Assembly (NCBI RefSeq): GCF_001194135.2
Contig: NC_068987.1
Location: forward strand, 21,258,257 to 21,291,171
Origin: Octopus bimaculoides
Lineage: Eukaryota
Length of the DNA stretch: 32,915 nt
Direction: 5' to 3'
A program made the position numbers and the translations under genes. Every line of letters begins with the position of its first letter. The stretch's first letter is position 1. This document shows positions 1 to 10,247 of this stretch, piece after piece. The notes beneath the pieces were generated by a model, which made no database searches, had not been told where the DNA came from, and saw nothing but the letters and a program-made list of their open reading frames with translations.

Positions 1-625
1 ACATACGTGTATGCATGCATATATACATACATACATACAAACATATAAACATACAAACATACGTGCATACATACACATATATATAAACATACATACATGC
101 ATAGAAACATACATACATGCGAACATATATACATGCATACATACATACATGCATACATACATATAGATACATGTATTCCTATAATTATGCTTGTTTCTAC
201 AATGTATGTATGAAAGAATATAAGTTATGCATACATATACATACACATACACACACATACGCAGAAATAAACACACCGACACATGCATATATACATGTAT
301 CTATGTATATGTATATATGTGTGTTTGCGTGTGTGTTTATGTGTATGTATGAATGTATGTATGTATATGAATATGCAGGTTCTGTTGCCCAGATCCTGTC
401 TATGTTGCAAAACACATAGGCGTCAGTGTGTGTATGTATGTGTCTGTGTCTGTGTGTGTGCATGCGTGTGTGCACATATATATATATGAATGAAGGCATG
501 TATGTATGTACGTATGCATATATGTATGTTTGTGTGTGTGTATATGGATACGCGTAAGCAGTTGTCCAGTTTTTGTCTATGCTTGAGAGTACATAGACAT
601 CAATGTGTGTGTCTGTGTGTATGCA

Positions 626-724
<99 letters not shown>

Positions 725-766
725 ATGGATGGATGTTTGTATGTATGTAGGTAGGTATGTATGAAC

Positions 767-797
<31 letters not shown>

Positions 798-1197
798 TGT
801 ACATTGATATGCGTACACAGTTGTGCATTTTCTATTTATGCTTCAGGGTACACAGACGTGAATGTGTGTGTGCGTGCGTGTGTGTATGTGCGTGTGTGCA
901 TGCGTGTTTGTGTATATATGTATGTATATATGTATGTGTGTGGATATGCGTATGCAGTTGTCCGGTTTCTGTCTATACTTCAGCATAGATAGGCGTCAAT
1001 GTGTGTGTATGCGCGCGCGCGAACATGTATGCGTACGTGCGTGCGTGCGTGCGTATGTATGTATGTATGTGTGTGTGTATGTATGTGTGTGTGTATGTAT
1101 GTACGTTTGTACGTATGTATGTATGTATTTATGTATGGATACGAAAATGCGCAGGCTGTTGTCCAGTTTTCCTGTATGCTTAAATGTACCTAGGCAT

Positions 1198-1240
<43 letters not shown>

Positions 1241-1424
1241 TGTGTGTGTGTGTGTGTGTGTATCTCCTGTTTCATGTTTGTAGTTCTATACATGCGTTAA
1301 CACATGTCAGCGCGTATAAATGCAAATTTCGAAATTCATGTGGCAGTATTAGTAAATTTATGTGTGCGTGTATGTAAGAATGTATGTATGTATGCATGTG
1401 TATGTATGTATGTATGTATGTATG

Positions 1425-1455
<31 letters not shown>

Positions 1456-1800
1456 GTCGGTAGGTACTATGTAGGTGTGTATTTGTGTGTGTATGCGTGT
1501 GCGTGTGTGTGTGTGTGAGTGAGTGTGTGTATGTGACTTTGTGTCCGCGTGCGCATTGATGTGTGCGAGTACAAAGATATATCTGCGTGTGTATGTGATT
1601 AAGTGTATGCATGTATCTATGTATAATTGTATGCATGTACGTGTCTGCGTGTATGCGTGTAACACTGTGTATCAGGACATGTGTCTGTCCGTGTGAGCAT
1701 TTGTGTGAGGGTGCGCGCGCATGAATATTTGCGTCTGTAGGTCGGTGTGTGGGTGGGTGGGTGTATGTGCGTTCACTTATGTATGCTGACGCAAACATTA
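1..1800. repeat. Compound microsatellite field (TACA/TATG, TA, TG)
   Basis: Directly visible runs, e.g. (TA)n 638-721 and (TG)n 1201-1260. Confidence 0.95.
369..1202 (+). repeat. Five copies of a ~60-bp non-microsatellite core separated by microsatellite spacers
   Basis: Copies at 369-428, 546-605, 805-864, 942-1001 and 1137-1202; consensus about GGATAYGCGTATGCAGTTGTCCAGTTTCTGTCTATGCTTCAGNGTACATAGRCRTCARTG. Confidence 0.85.
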
Positions 1801-2091
1801 AAGATGATTTACATTCAATTATAAACTGACATTTCATCTACAAAAGAGAATAATGTTTTATTATACTTAATGTATACAACAGGAGAATTACACATACATG
1901 CATACAAACACACACGCAAATACGCACATCCACTCACACGCTTACGCACACACACACTATACATATGTATGTTGTTTACGCATTCATGAATACATATGCA
2001 TATATATATGCATGCGTGGAAGTAAGTGTTTGTATTTTTGTGTATCTATACGCATAAATATACACACACATACAGAATAAGTAGACATACA

Positions 2092-2165
2092 GAACTCGAT
2101 TTGTTCGACTAAAGGCGGTGCTCCAGCATGGCCGTAGTCAATTGACTGAAACAAGTAAAAGAATA
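2092..2165 (+). mobile_element. 3' tail fragment of SINE family A
   Basis: tcgatttgttcgactaaaggcggtgctccagcatggcc...tgactgaaacaagtaaaagaata matches the reverse complement of the tail of the full copy at 27803-28214. Confidence 0.85.
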
Positions 2166-2181
2166 TATATATAAATATACA

Positions 2182-2396
2182 TACGAGGGGATACTGAAAA
2201 GTACAAGGCTTCAAGGATATTGCGAAATGCCTGGTTGTTGGAAACCCAAATTTCCGAGTTCTTTTACAGAGCTTAGAAGAACTGACGGACTGCTGCACCA
2301 AGTGTGTGAATCTGAGAGGGGAATATGTTGGATAAAATCATAACTGACCCTCCTGTCTTTTCCTTTACCCAAAACCAGGAACCTTTCAGCACCTTG
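2182..2396 (+). mobile_element. Mariner-derived MITE (~215 bp)
   Basis: Begins TA-cgaggggatactgaaaagt and ends ccaggaacctttcagcacc (imperfect TIRs). The interior encodes a mariner C-terminus, LEELTDCCTKCVNLRGEYVG*. Confidence 0.75.
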
Positions 2397-2433
2397 TGTG
2401 TGTGTGAGTCTCTCTCTCTCTCTCTCTCTCTCT

Positions 2434-2708
2434 NNNNNNNNNNNNNNNNNNNNNNNNNNNNNNNNNNNNNNNNNNNNNNNNNNNNNNNNNNNNNNNNNNN
2501 NNNNNNNNNNNNNNNNNNNNNNNNNNNNNNNNNNNNNNNNNNNNNNNNNNNNNNNNNNNNNNNNNNNNNNNNNNNNNNNNNNNNNNNNNNNNNNNNNNNN
2601 NNNNNNNNNNNNNNNNNNNNNNNNNNNNNNNNNNNNNNNNNNNNNNNNNNNNNNNNNNNNNNNNNNNNNNNNNNNNNNNNNNNNNNNNNNNNNNNNNNNN
2701 NNNNNNNN
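2434..2708. other. Assembly gap (N run)
   Basis: N run next to a (TC)n microsatellite. Confidence 1.
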
Positions 2709-2939
2709 ATGTTCAGTGAACAAATTAAACGTACTGCCTGGCAGTGGCTAAAACGAGAACCGATCAAGTTTATGTATGAATATTCTTTTTATAAGTTTGT
2801 TTCCTTTTACACAATATTAAAACAACAGCTAAAAATTTTCTGAAGCAGCACCCCAACTAGTTTTATCAACAAGCCGCCACTGGTATATACACATATACAT
2901 ATATACCTTTATATGCATATATTCGCTTATATATATATA

Positions 2940-3690
2940 CAGGGTGTGGTGAATAAACTGTCGTCTAAATTACGCAAAAATGACTGTTCATTTTAACAGA
3001 TATATTTACCAAAATTACATAAGAATATCTTGAAATAATAAAATGTAAATTTATTCAATGAAATCGCCATTGGCTTCAACCACGGCCTCCAGACGACCTC
3101 GGAATCTCCTGCAACTCTTCTGGACAGCCTCCTTGCTTAAGTTGGTGAATGCTGCCATAATGCTTGCCTTCAGTTCATCTTTGGTGATACAAGGAGTTTT
3201 GTTGGTCTCTTGCTCAACTGCGCCCCACACATAATAATCAAGTGAGTTGCAGTCTGGGAAGTTAGGTGGCTAGATGTTAGAGGTGATGTGGTCGCAGAAA
3301 TTGTCTGACAGCCATGACTGGCTTCACCTGTGTGTTACAGAGACCTGTTGCCAGACATAGGGTCTTCCAGCAGATACCTCTTGACCCAGAAAAGCGCTAC
3401 CCCCTTCAGGCACTTGATGTAGGCCTCCGTGTTGAGTTTGAGGCCGTGTGGGAAGATGAACGGAGGTATAACGTCGCCATCACTATTGATCACCAGAGAC
3501 GCCATGATGTTGACTGAATTTTTTATCTTTATCATTCTTAGTACATGTCCTCAGATTGCACTGTCCTCGGGTTGACACCAAACACTCTGAAATGTTCGTA
3601 TTGAAGCTGCCAGCGCGAATGCCAAGCAGTACAGCATGTCGTTTCTAAATTTCTGGCAGAGTAAATTGCGTCACGGTGTTGTTTTCCTCA
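2940..3690 (-). mobile_element. Tc1/mariner superfamily maT-type (DD37D) transposon remnant, internally deleted and pseudogenised
   Basis: TA-CAGGGTG terminus at 2938-2946. Minus-strand translation gives ..GDVIPPFIFPHGLKLNTEAYIKCL..DHITSNI*PPNFPDCNSLDYYVWGAVEQETNK..EANGDFIE* (stop 3051-3053), plus an N-terminal piece KRHAVLLGIRAG at ~3600-3645. Contains a stop and frameshifts. Confidence 0.88.
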
Positions 3691-3803
3691 TAGATATTGT
3701 TATATTTCAGGAGAGTCATTTGTTTTCTTGCCAAATAAACACACGCCCTATATATTCATTCTTTACTCGTTTATTATTGTTCTTATTTTATCTTATATCC
3801 ATT

Positions 3804-3848
3804 GTGTGGAAATCTTTCGTCGCACACCTGTGACCTCTTCAGCGACTC
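3804..3848 (-). ncRNA. Degenerate minimal type I hammerhead ribozyme motif (left arm)
   Basis: GAGUCG CUGAAGA G GUCACA GGUG UGCGAC GAA AGAUUU C CACAC. Core intact, stem II pairs 5/6, stem I weak. Confidence 0.55.
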
Positions 3849-3940
3849 TTCCATCACATACATGTATCCTGTTTTGTTTAGTCCGTTCTCATAGACTAAA
3901 CATGAACTAAACAGAACAACAGGGTACATGTGTGATGGAA

Positions 3941-3985
3941 GAGTCGCTGAAGAGGTCACAGATGTGTGACGGAAGATTTCCAGAC
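3941..3985 (+). ncRNA. Degenerate minimal type I hammerhead ribozyme motif (right arm)
   Basis: GAGUCG CUGAAGA G GUCACA GAUG UGUGAC GGA AGAUUU C CAGAC. Perfect 6-bp stem II, but the core GAA is changed to GGA. Confidence 0.55.
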
Positions 3986-4116
3986 AATGGACATAAAATA
4001 AAATAAGAACAATAATAACGAGTGAAGAATGAATATATAGTGCGTGTGTTTATTTGGCAAGAAAAAAATTATCGTCTCGAAATATAACGATATATATATA
4101 TACATACATACATACA

Positions 4117-4355
4117 NNNNNNNNNNNNNNNNNNNNNNNNNNNNNNNNNNNNNNNNNNNNNNNNNNNNNNNNNNNNNNNNNNNNNNNNNNNNNNNNNNNN
4201 NNNNNNNNNNNNNNNNNNNNNNNNNNNNNNNNNNNNNNNNNNNNNNNNNNNNNNNNNNNNNNNNNNNNNNNNNNNNNNNNNNNNNNNNNNNNNNNNNNNN
4301 NNNNNNNNNNNNNNNNNNNNNNNNNNNNNNNNNNNNNNNNNNNNNNNNNNNNNNN
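4117..4355. other. Assembly gap (N run)
   Basis: N run between microsatellites. Confidence 1.
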
Positions 4356-4428
<73 letters not shown>

Positions 4429-4734
4429 CGCGCACGAATATGTAACGATATCTATGCACTATTTTGTTGACCGAAAAACCAGTTAGTCATGTGTTTAAAG
4501 GGACCGTAATATTAAACAAGGGTCCACAATGGTTGGAATGAATTGGTATTCATGTGTGTTTGTTGTTTTTGTTTTATTGGTGCATTTTATTGCTTTTGCG
4601 GGTGTTTTTCGGTGTTTGGGAGAGTTTATTTTTGTTGAACGGAAAATAGTAGAAACATAAAAAGTGATTACCATAAAATTATGATAATGTTGATGATAAT
4701 GATAATAATTCTTTCTTCTGATACTAGAAAAGAT

Positions 4735-5178
4735 GTTGTTGATGATGATGATGATGATGATGATAACAATAATAATTTATATGCCTTGATGCAGTACCAG
4801 GCAGTGGCTCTCATGGTTTTTGATCATAACTGATTGAGAGTGTTATCATGTACATGTTTTGTCTTGGTATCAAAAGATGGGCTACAGCAAATATTCTGCT
4901 CAGTACTACAGATTTGCTTGTCAGTTGTTTGACCTTAACCAGTTGAGCATGTCCCTTGGTGGTTGACGATATGTGCATCTCTGATCATGAGCAAAAGTAG
5001 TGGAGGAGCATCATAGCCATGTGTTGAAAGGAATTGTTTGCGGTTTGAAAAATTCACTCCTGCAAACGTGGGTGTTTCGTTCATCATCCATAAACAGACC
5101 TTATTTAGGGACCTTTTGAGTGGAATGGGCTACTCAAGCCGAAGAAAATTCTAACTAGGCCCCCACCTGCAAGGTCAA
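4735..5178 (-). mobile_element. Interspersed repeat, probably the 3' end of a non-LTR retroelement with an (ATC)n/(ATT)n tail; family unassigned
   Basis: About 400 bp of complex sequence abutting a (GAT)n/(AAT)n run. I recall it as a common octopus repeat; there is no second copy in this window. Confidence 0.45.
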
Positions 5179-5184
5179 ACTCTT

Positions 5185-5390
5185 CATGGATGTTTGGCCA
5201 AAGATGGCCATATCTATCTTTAGCCCTTTTAAGTCTCGTCCACTGCAGGATTTTTCTCACCAAGGCCACCAATCAGATACAGAGAGTATGTACTTCCAGG
5301 CCGAAGAATGGCAATGTAACTCTCTTCACAATGGGCTCAGCTAAAAGCCGGATCCAGTTCTTTTGAAGGGATGTCTGGCATGAATTAACA
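5185..5390 (-). pseudogene. Possible BEL/Pao-type integrase zinc-binding remnant
   Basis: Needs frame-hopping to assemble ARHP..IRLLAE.H..LHC..YILS..WW..VRKI..RLKRAK; weak. Confidence 0.2.
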
Positions 5391-5691
5391 GATGTTGTCA
5401 CTTGGAATGAGACAAAAATATACTTAACGTCCCGATAATAGAAAATAAGATTGTATTGTTGAAGTTTAATACTGAATGGTTATATCCTGGAGAAAGCAAT
5501 AACGGAAGGAAGGAAAGAAAGAAAGAAGGTAGGAAGAAAACAAAGAAGAAAAGAAAGAAGGTAAAGAGTAAACAAACGAGCAGCGAATCCGGTTCTTCCA
5601 TGTTGGTGCAAGTAATATACATGAGAAAAAAAATGAAGATTTCTAAACATGGCAAACAGCTGTTGATATTGGTGGTGATGGTCTAACTATA

Positions 5692-5711
5692 GCTACTGCT
5701 GCTGCTGCTGC

Positions 5712-5750
<39 letters not shown>
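5692..5750. repeat. (GCT)n(GTT)n microsatellite
   Basis: Directly visible. Confidence 0.95.
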
Positions 5751-5752
<2 letters not shown>

Positions 5753-5853
5753 TCGTGTAGCCCCGTGCATGTTCAAATCCAGCAAGAGATATGCGATTCA
5801 TCGTTGAAATGGCCAGGCAGCAGACACAGGTTTAATCTTAACGATATGCTCTG

Positions 5854-5867
5854 GTGCCACCTAGCGG
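5854..5867 (-). promoter_or_regulatory. CTCF core-motif match
   Basis: CCGCTAGGTGGCAC matches CCRCYAGRKGGCRS at 14/14 positions. Motif match only. Confidence 0.35.
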
Positions 5868-6082
5868 CAGGAAAATAAAAAAGGTAAAAAAATGTGCAAA
5901 GTGGGAATAAATGCATTTCAAAATTACTTTAAAACTTCGATCTGTCCAAGTTCGAAAGAAACTATTTATTAAGGGCAGTAATTACTACAATTTAAAATTA
6001 TATTGCACTATACTTGCCGAAATATCAGTGATGTAAATATATTTATTGAGAGCAAAATAAATTTCTTATTACACAATGGCAC

Positions 6083-6115
<33 letters not shown>

Positions 6116-6145
6116 CTTTTTTTTTTGTGATTGCTTTTTTTTTTT

Positions 6146-6330
6146 ATACTTGTTTCAGTCATTGAACTGCAGCAGCATTTGTTGGACTGAACTTGATTTG
6201 TTCGACGAGAGCTTGAAAGGTATAGTCGAACAAATCAGCAACAGTTCTAATTTATTAACCCTGGTACTTATATTATCGTTCTCTTTTTATGAAACCGCTA
6301 AGCTACGGGAACGTAAACAAACCAGCAGGG
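6146..6330 (-). mobile_element. Diverged 3' half of SINE family A
   Basis: tacttgtttcagtcattgaactgc...tagtcgaacaaatc...aaccgctaagctacgggaacgtaaacaaaccagc is similar to 27815-27975. Confidence 0.7.
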
Positions 6331-6574
6331 GTACTGAGTGACAGGCACATACATACATACATATAGACATACATATTTATACACATACATACACACACAC
6401 ACATATACACACGCTCATATTTGCAATGCACCCCGGCGTTGCCCGAGTGTTATGACATACAGCCACATTGTATTGTTTGTTCCTTTCTTATGAGCAGAAT
6501 CGGCACACGAGGAGTATGAAGCAAACAACTCTTCTTTACAAATGTGTTTTTCGGTCAATTTCTGATGAGTAATA

Positions 6575-7174
6575 TTTTTTTCTACTCTAGGCACAAGGCC
6601 CGAAATTAGGAGGATGGGGGCCAGTCGATTAGATCGAGCCCAGTACACAACTGGTACTTAATCTATCGACCCCGAAAGGAGGAAAGGCAAAGTCGACCTC
6701 GTGGAATTTGAACTCAAAACGTAAAGACAGACGAAATACCGCTAGGCATTTCGCCCGGCGTGCTAATGTTTCTTATTTCTTTAATGCCCACAAGGGGCTA
6801 AACATAGAGGAGACAAACAAGGACAGACAAAGGGATTAAGTCGATTACAACGACCCCAGTGTGTAACTGGTACTTATTTAAATCGACCCCGAAAGGCAAA
6901 GTCGACCTCGGCGGAATTTTAACTCAGAACGTAGCGGCAGACGAAATACCGCTAAGCATTTCGCCCGGCGCGCTAATGTTTCTTATTTCTTTACTGCCCA
7001 CAAGGGGCTACACACAGAGGGGACAAACTGATTAAGTCGATTATATCGACCCCAGTGCGTAACTGGTACTTATTAAATCGACCTCAGTGGAATTTGAACT
7101 CTGAATGTAACGGCAGACGAAATACCGCTAAGCATTTCGCCCGGAGTGCTAACGTTTCTGCCAGCTCGCCGTCT
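6575..7174 (-). mobile_element. Head-to-tail trimer of tRNA-derived SINE family B (Nin-domain-like core)
   Basis: Units 6982-7174, 6772-6981 and 6575-6771. Head AGACGGCGAGCTGGCAGAAACGTTAGC, B-box-like GAGTTCAAATTCC, core CCTTTCGGGGTCGAT..AAGTACCAGTT. Confidence 0.9.
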
Positions 7175-7354
7175 TCTTTATGAGTACTATTGCCTCAATA
7201 TTGCACCTCCTTGTGTAATAGGCATTCTTATATCAACCATCTACTAATCATTTGAAACAGCTGTAAAAACAAGTGCTGTTTACATCATGAACTTTGTATA
7301 TGCACTTTTTCATATAAATATATTCTTAATACTTGTTATTGCTCGTCCGTCATA

Positions 7355-7430
7355 CCTACCTACATACATACATACATACATACATACATACATACATACA
7401 TACATGCGAATATATACATACATACAAATG
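7355..7430. repeat. (TACA)n microsatellite
   Basis: Directly visible. Confidence 0.95.
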
Positions 7431-7442
7431 TAGTCAAGATGT

Positions 7443-7580
7443 ATGGCCGTGTAGTTAGAGTTTTCGGCTTATAATCATGTGAATTCAATTCCTGGATCGG
7501 GCAATGTGATGTCTCCTTTACTAAGACACTTCATGTCACGTTGCTCCGATCTACTTAACTATCAATGAATACCAGCCGAG
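7443..7580 (+). mobile_element. Old tRNA-derived SINE head and central domain (fourth type)
   Basis: A-box-like tggccgtgtagtt and B-box-like gaattcaattcc, followed by ..ctaagacacttcatgtcacgttgctcc..gaatacc, which resembles an invertebrate SINE central domain. Confidence 0.5.
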
Positions 7581-7780
7581 TGTTGTTACAGCTGTTCTTT
7601 CTTGCCACTAATAGTCACATCCTGGATTTCCTGGTGGCGAAGGTATCGGAGAAGATGTCTCTGTTTGCTCTTCACTTAAACAATTACGTTAAGGTTCCTT
7701 AAACAATTAGCGATGGAATGGTCCATGTTGTCAAGTCATTCATAATCACACGCAAGTTATGGTTCGATGTACTATACACA

Positions 7781-8149
7781 TTCTTTCATTCTTACACGTG
7801 TTTCAGTCATTTGACTGCGGCCATACTGGAGCACCACCTTAAAGGAGTTTTTTTTTTTTTAGTCGAAGAAATCCATCCCAGGACTTATTCTTTGTAAGCC
7901 TAGTGCGTATTTTATAGTTTCTTTTGATAGGGGGGGGGGAACAAACATAGACACAAAGACACACACACATAAATATATACATATATATGTATATACGACA
8001 GGCTTTTTTCAGTTTCTGTCTACCAAATCCAGTCACAAGACTTTAGTCGGCCAAGGGCTATAGTAGAAAGCACTTGCCCGCAGTGCCACGTAGAGGGGCT
8101 GAACCCAGAACCATGTGGTTGAGAAGCGAGCTACTTACCACACAGCCAC
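7781..8149 (-). mobile_element. SINE family A copy with a ~60-bp internal deletion
   Basis: Colinear with 27803-28214; head TGGCTGTGTGGTAAGTAGC..GGTTCAGCCCC at the right end. Confidence 0.9.
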
Positions 8150-8703
8150 ATACATATATATATGTGTGTGTGCGTGTGTAAACATTTTGTTCACGTTTTT
8201 TTGCAATGTCCTGTACCCAGATATGCATCTATATATACATGTAGATGTAGGTATGTACATACATGTATGTATAGATGAATATACTCATTTATTATTTGTA
8301 TTACATGATCGAACGCACGCGTCATCCCTGCAAATAAGTTTTGAACTTTATATTTCTGACGCGACTCTATCTATCTTCGTATCTTTCTCCCCCTCTCGTT
8401 CTTCCTTCTGTTACTACTATATTTCTCTCTTCCTCCCTGTCTCTCGTTGCTCATTTATATTCTACTTCCTCCCCTTTTTCCCCCTCTACTACTCTTTCTC
8501 CCTACCCCTCGCTGGTCACATGTGTCCAGCTTCTAATTCTTTTCATTCTTGGCCTCGCCAAGCACACACGAACCTTCTTCTTTGTCCCGTTTCCTTCCAG
8601 TTCGTGCTTCACAGCGTTCAATATACACATACTTTTTCACGTCTGGCCGTATAGCCTTTTTTGTTTGTTTTCACTGTTTCGTTTTCCTGTCTCGTTTTCT
8701 GTC

Positions 8704-9280
8704 NNNNNNNNNNNNNNNNNNNNNNNNNNNNNNNNNNNNNNNNNNNNNNNNNNNNNNNNNNNNNNNNNNNNNNNNNNNNNNNNNNNNNNNNNNNNNNNNN
8801 NNNNNNNNNNNNNNNNNNNNNNNNNNNNNNNNNNNNNNNNNNNNNNNNNNNNNNNNNNNNNNNNNNNNNNNNNNNNNNNNNNNNNNNNNNNNNNNNNNNN
8901 NNNNNNNNNNNNNNNNNNNNNNNNNNNNNNNNNNNNNNNNNNNNNNNNNNNNNNNNNNNNNNNNNNNNNNNNNNNNNNNNNNNNNNNNNNNNNNNNNNNN
9001 NNNNNNNNNNNNNNNNNNNNNNNNNNNNNNNNNNNNNNNNNNNNNNNNNNNNNNNNNNNNNNNNNNNNNNNNNNNNNNNNNNNNNNNNNNNNNNNNNNNN
9101 NNNNNNNNNNNNNNNNNNNNNNNNNNNNNNNNNNNNNNNNNNNNNNNNNNNNNNNNNNNNNNNNNNNNNNNNNNNNNNNNNNNNNNNNNNNNNNNNNNNN
9201 NNNNNNNNNNNNNNNNNNNNNNNNNNNNNNNNNNNNNNNNNNNNNNNNNNNNNNNNNNNNNNNNNNNNNNNNNNNNNNNN
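8704..9280. other. Assembly gap (N run)
   Basis: N run. Confidence 1.
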
Positions 9281-9322
9281 TATATATATATATATATATA
9301 TGCATATAAATACATACATACA

Positions 9323-9405
9323 TACGACGTGTTTCTTTCAGTTTCCTTTACCAAATGCTTTGGTTGGCCCGGGATTGTTTTTAACATCTTACCATACAGC
9401 CACAC
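9323..9405 (-). mobile_element. Deleted 5' half of SINE family A
   Basis: tacgacgtgtttctttcagtttcctttaccaaat..ttggcccggg..cttaccatacagcca. Confidence 0.65.
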
Positions 9406-9831
9406 CGATACGTATACATATTATATTCAAAGAGGATCATTCTCTTACGTGTGGCAATTATTTTCATTGGTTGGCTAGTCCTTTGTTTAGTTTTTCTTTC
9501 GTTGTTTGTGCCAGTTTACATGCTGGTTAGGTTACAGTCGCTTTCGGTAATGTGATTCAATCAATTTCTCGTCTTCTGTTTTTCCTGATTATTATCATGT
9601 TGCCGTTTTCATTGCTCAATTTGTTGGTCGCTTTCTTTTTTCATTGGTTGGTTCAATTTGAGAATCCGGTTTCTCTAAATTGTTATTCTGTCCAAATAAT
9701 TAACATACGGAAACGATTAAGAAAAACAAGATAGCTTATGAATTGATCAATGCAACAGACATCACGTGATAAAAGTTCAGATCTCAGCTGAAGGATAATA
9801 CTTAGCGACACCAGATACGGCACCAAAATAT

Positions 9832-10120
9832 TGTATGTATGTATGTATGTATGTATGTATGTATGTACGTACGTACGTACGTACGTACGCATGTATGTAT
9901 ATGTCTATATGTATGTATGTGTGTATGTATGTACGTACGTATATATGTATGAATGTATGTATGTACGTGTGTGTGTGTGTATGTATGTATGTATGTATGT
10001 ATGTATGTATGTATGTGAATGAAACTGGAACGATGGAAACTGAGCTCAGGGCCGTCGGATGGATTGTATGAATTCAAAAAGTATGTATGTATGTATGTAT
10101 GTATGTACGTATGTATGTAT
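9832..10120. repeat. (TATG)n/(TACG)n microsatellites interrupted by ~60 bp of unique sequence
   Basis: Directly visible. Confidence 0.9.
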
Positions 10121-10247
10121 ACACAGGCATCTCAAAAGTAAATAGACACCATCGTTTTTGAAAAATCTATTTCTCATTTCTTCTTTGGACATTTGCTGGC
10201 CTCGAAGAAAAGGTTACATTCGAGCTGCTCTGTCGTAGTAGTTTAGC

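Larger units (their letters stand above)
3694..4093. repeat. Long inverted repeat (arms ~3694-3882 and ~3906-4093, 23-nt spacer) made of two Penelope pseudo-LTR-like segments
   Basis: Arms are reverse complements (e.g. gtgacctcttcagcgactcttccatcaca / tgtgatggaagagtcgctgaagaggtcac) and are similar to 19056-19207 downstream of the PLE ORF. Confidence 0.9.

Noticed and set aside
369-1202. CRISPR-like repeat-spacer look (also 6575-7174)
   Set aside because: Eukaryotic context, repeats too long and diverged, spacers are microsatellite or SINE sequence, and there are no cas genes.
117-1837. Long ORFs rich in YI/TH/CV/MYV (also near 13234, 17679, 20104, 23027, 31410)
   Set aside because: Translations of microsatellites that lack stop codons; no coding signal.
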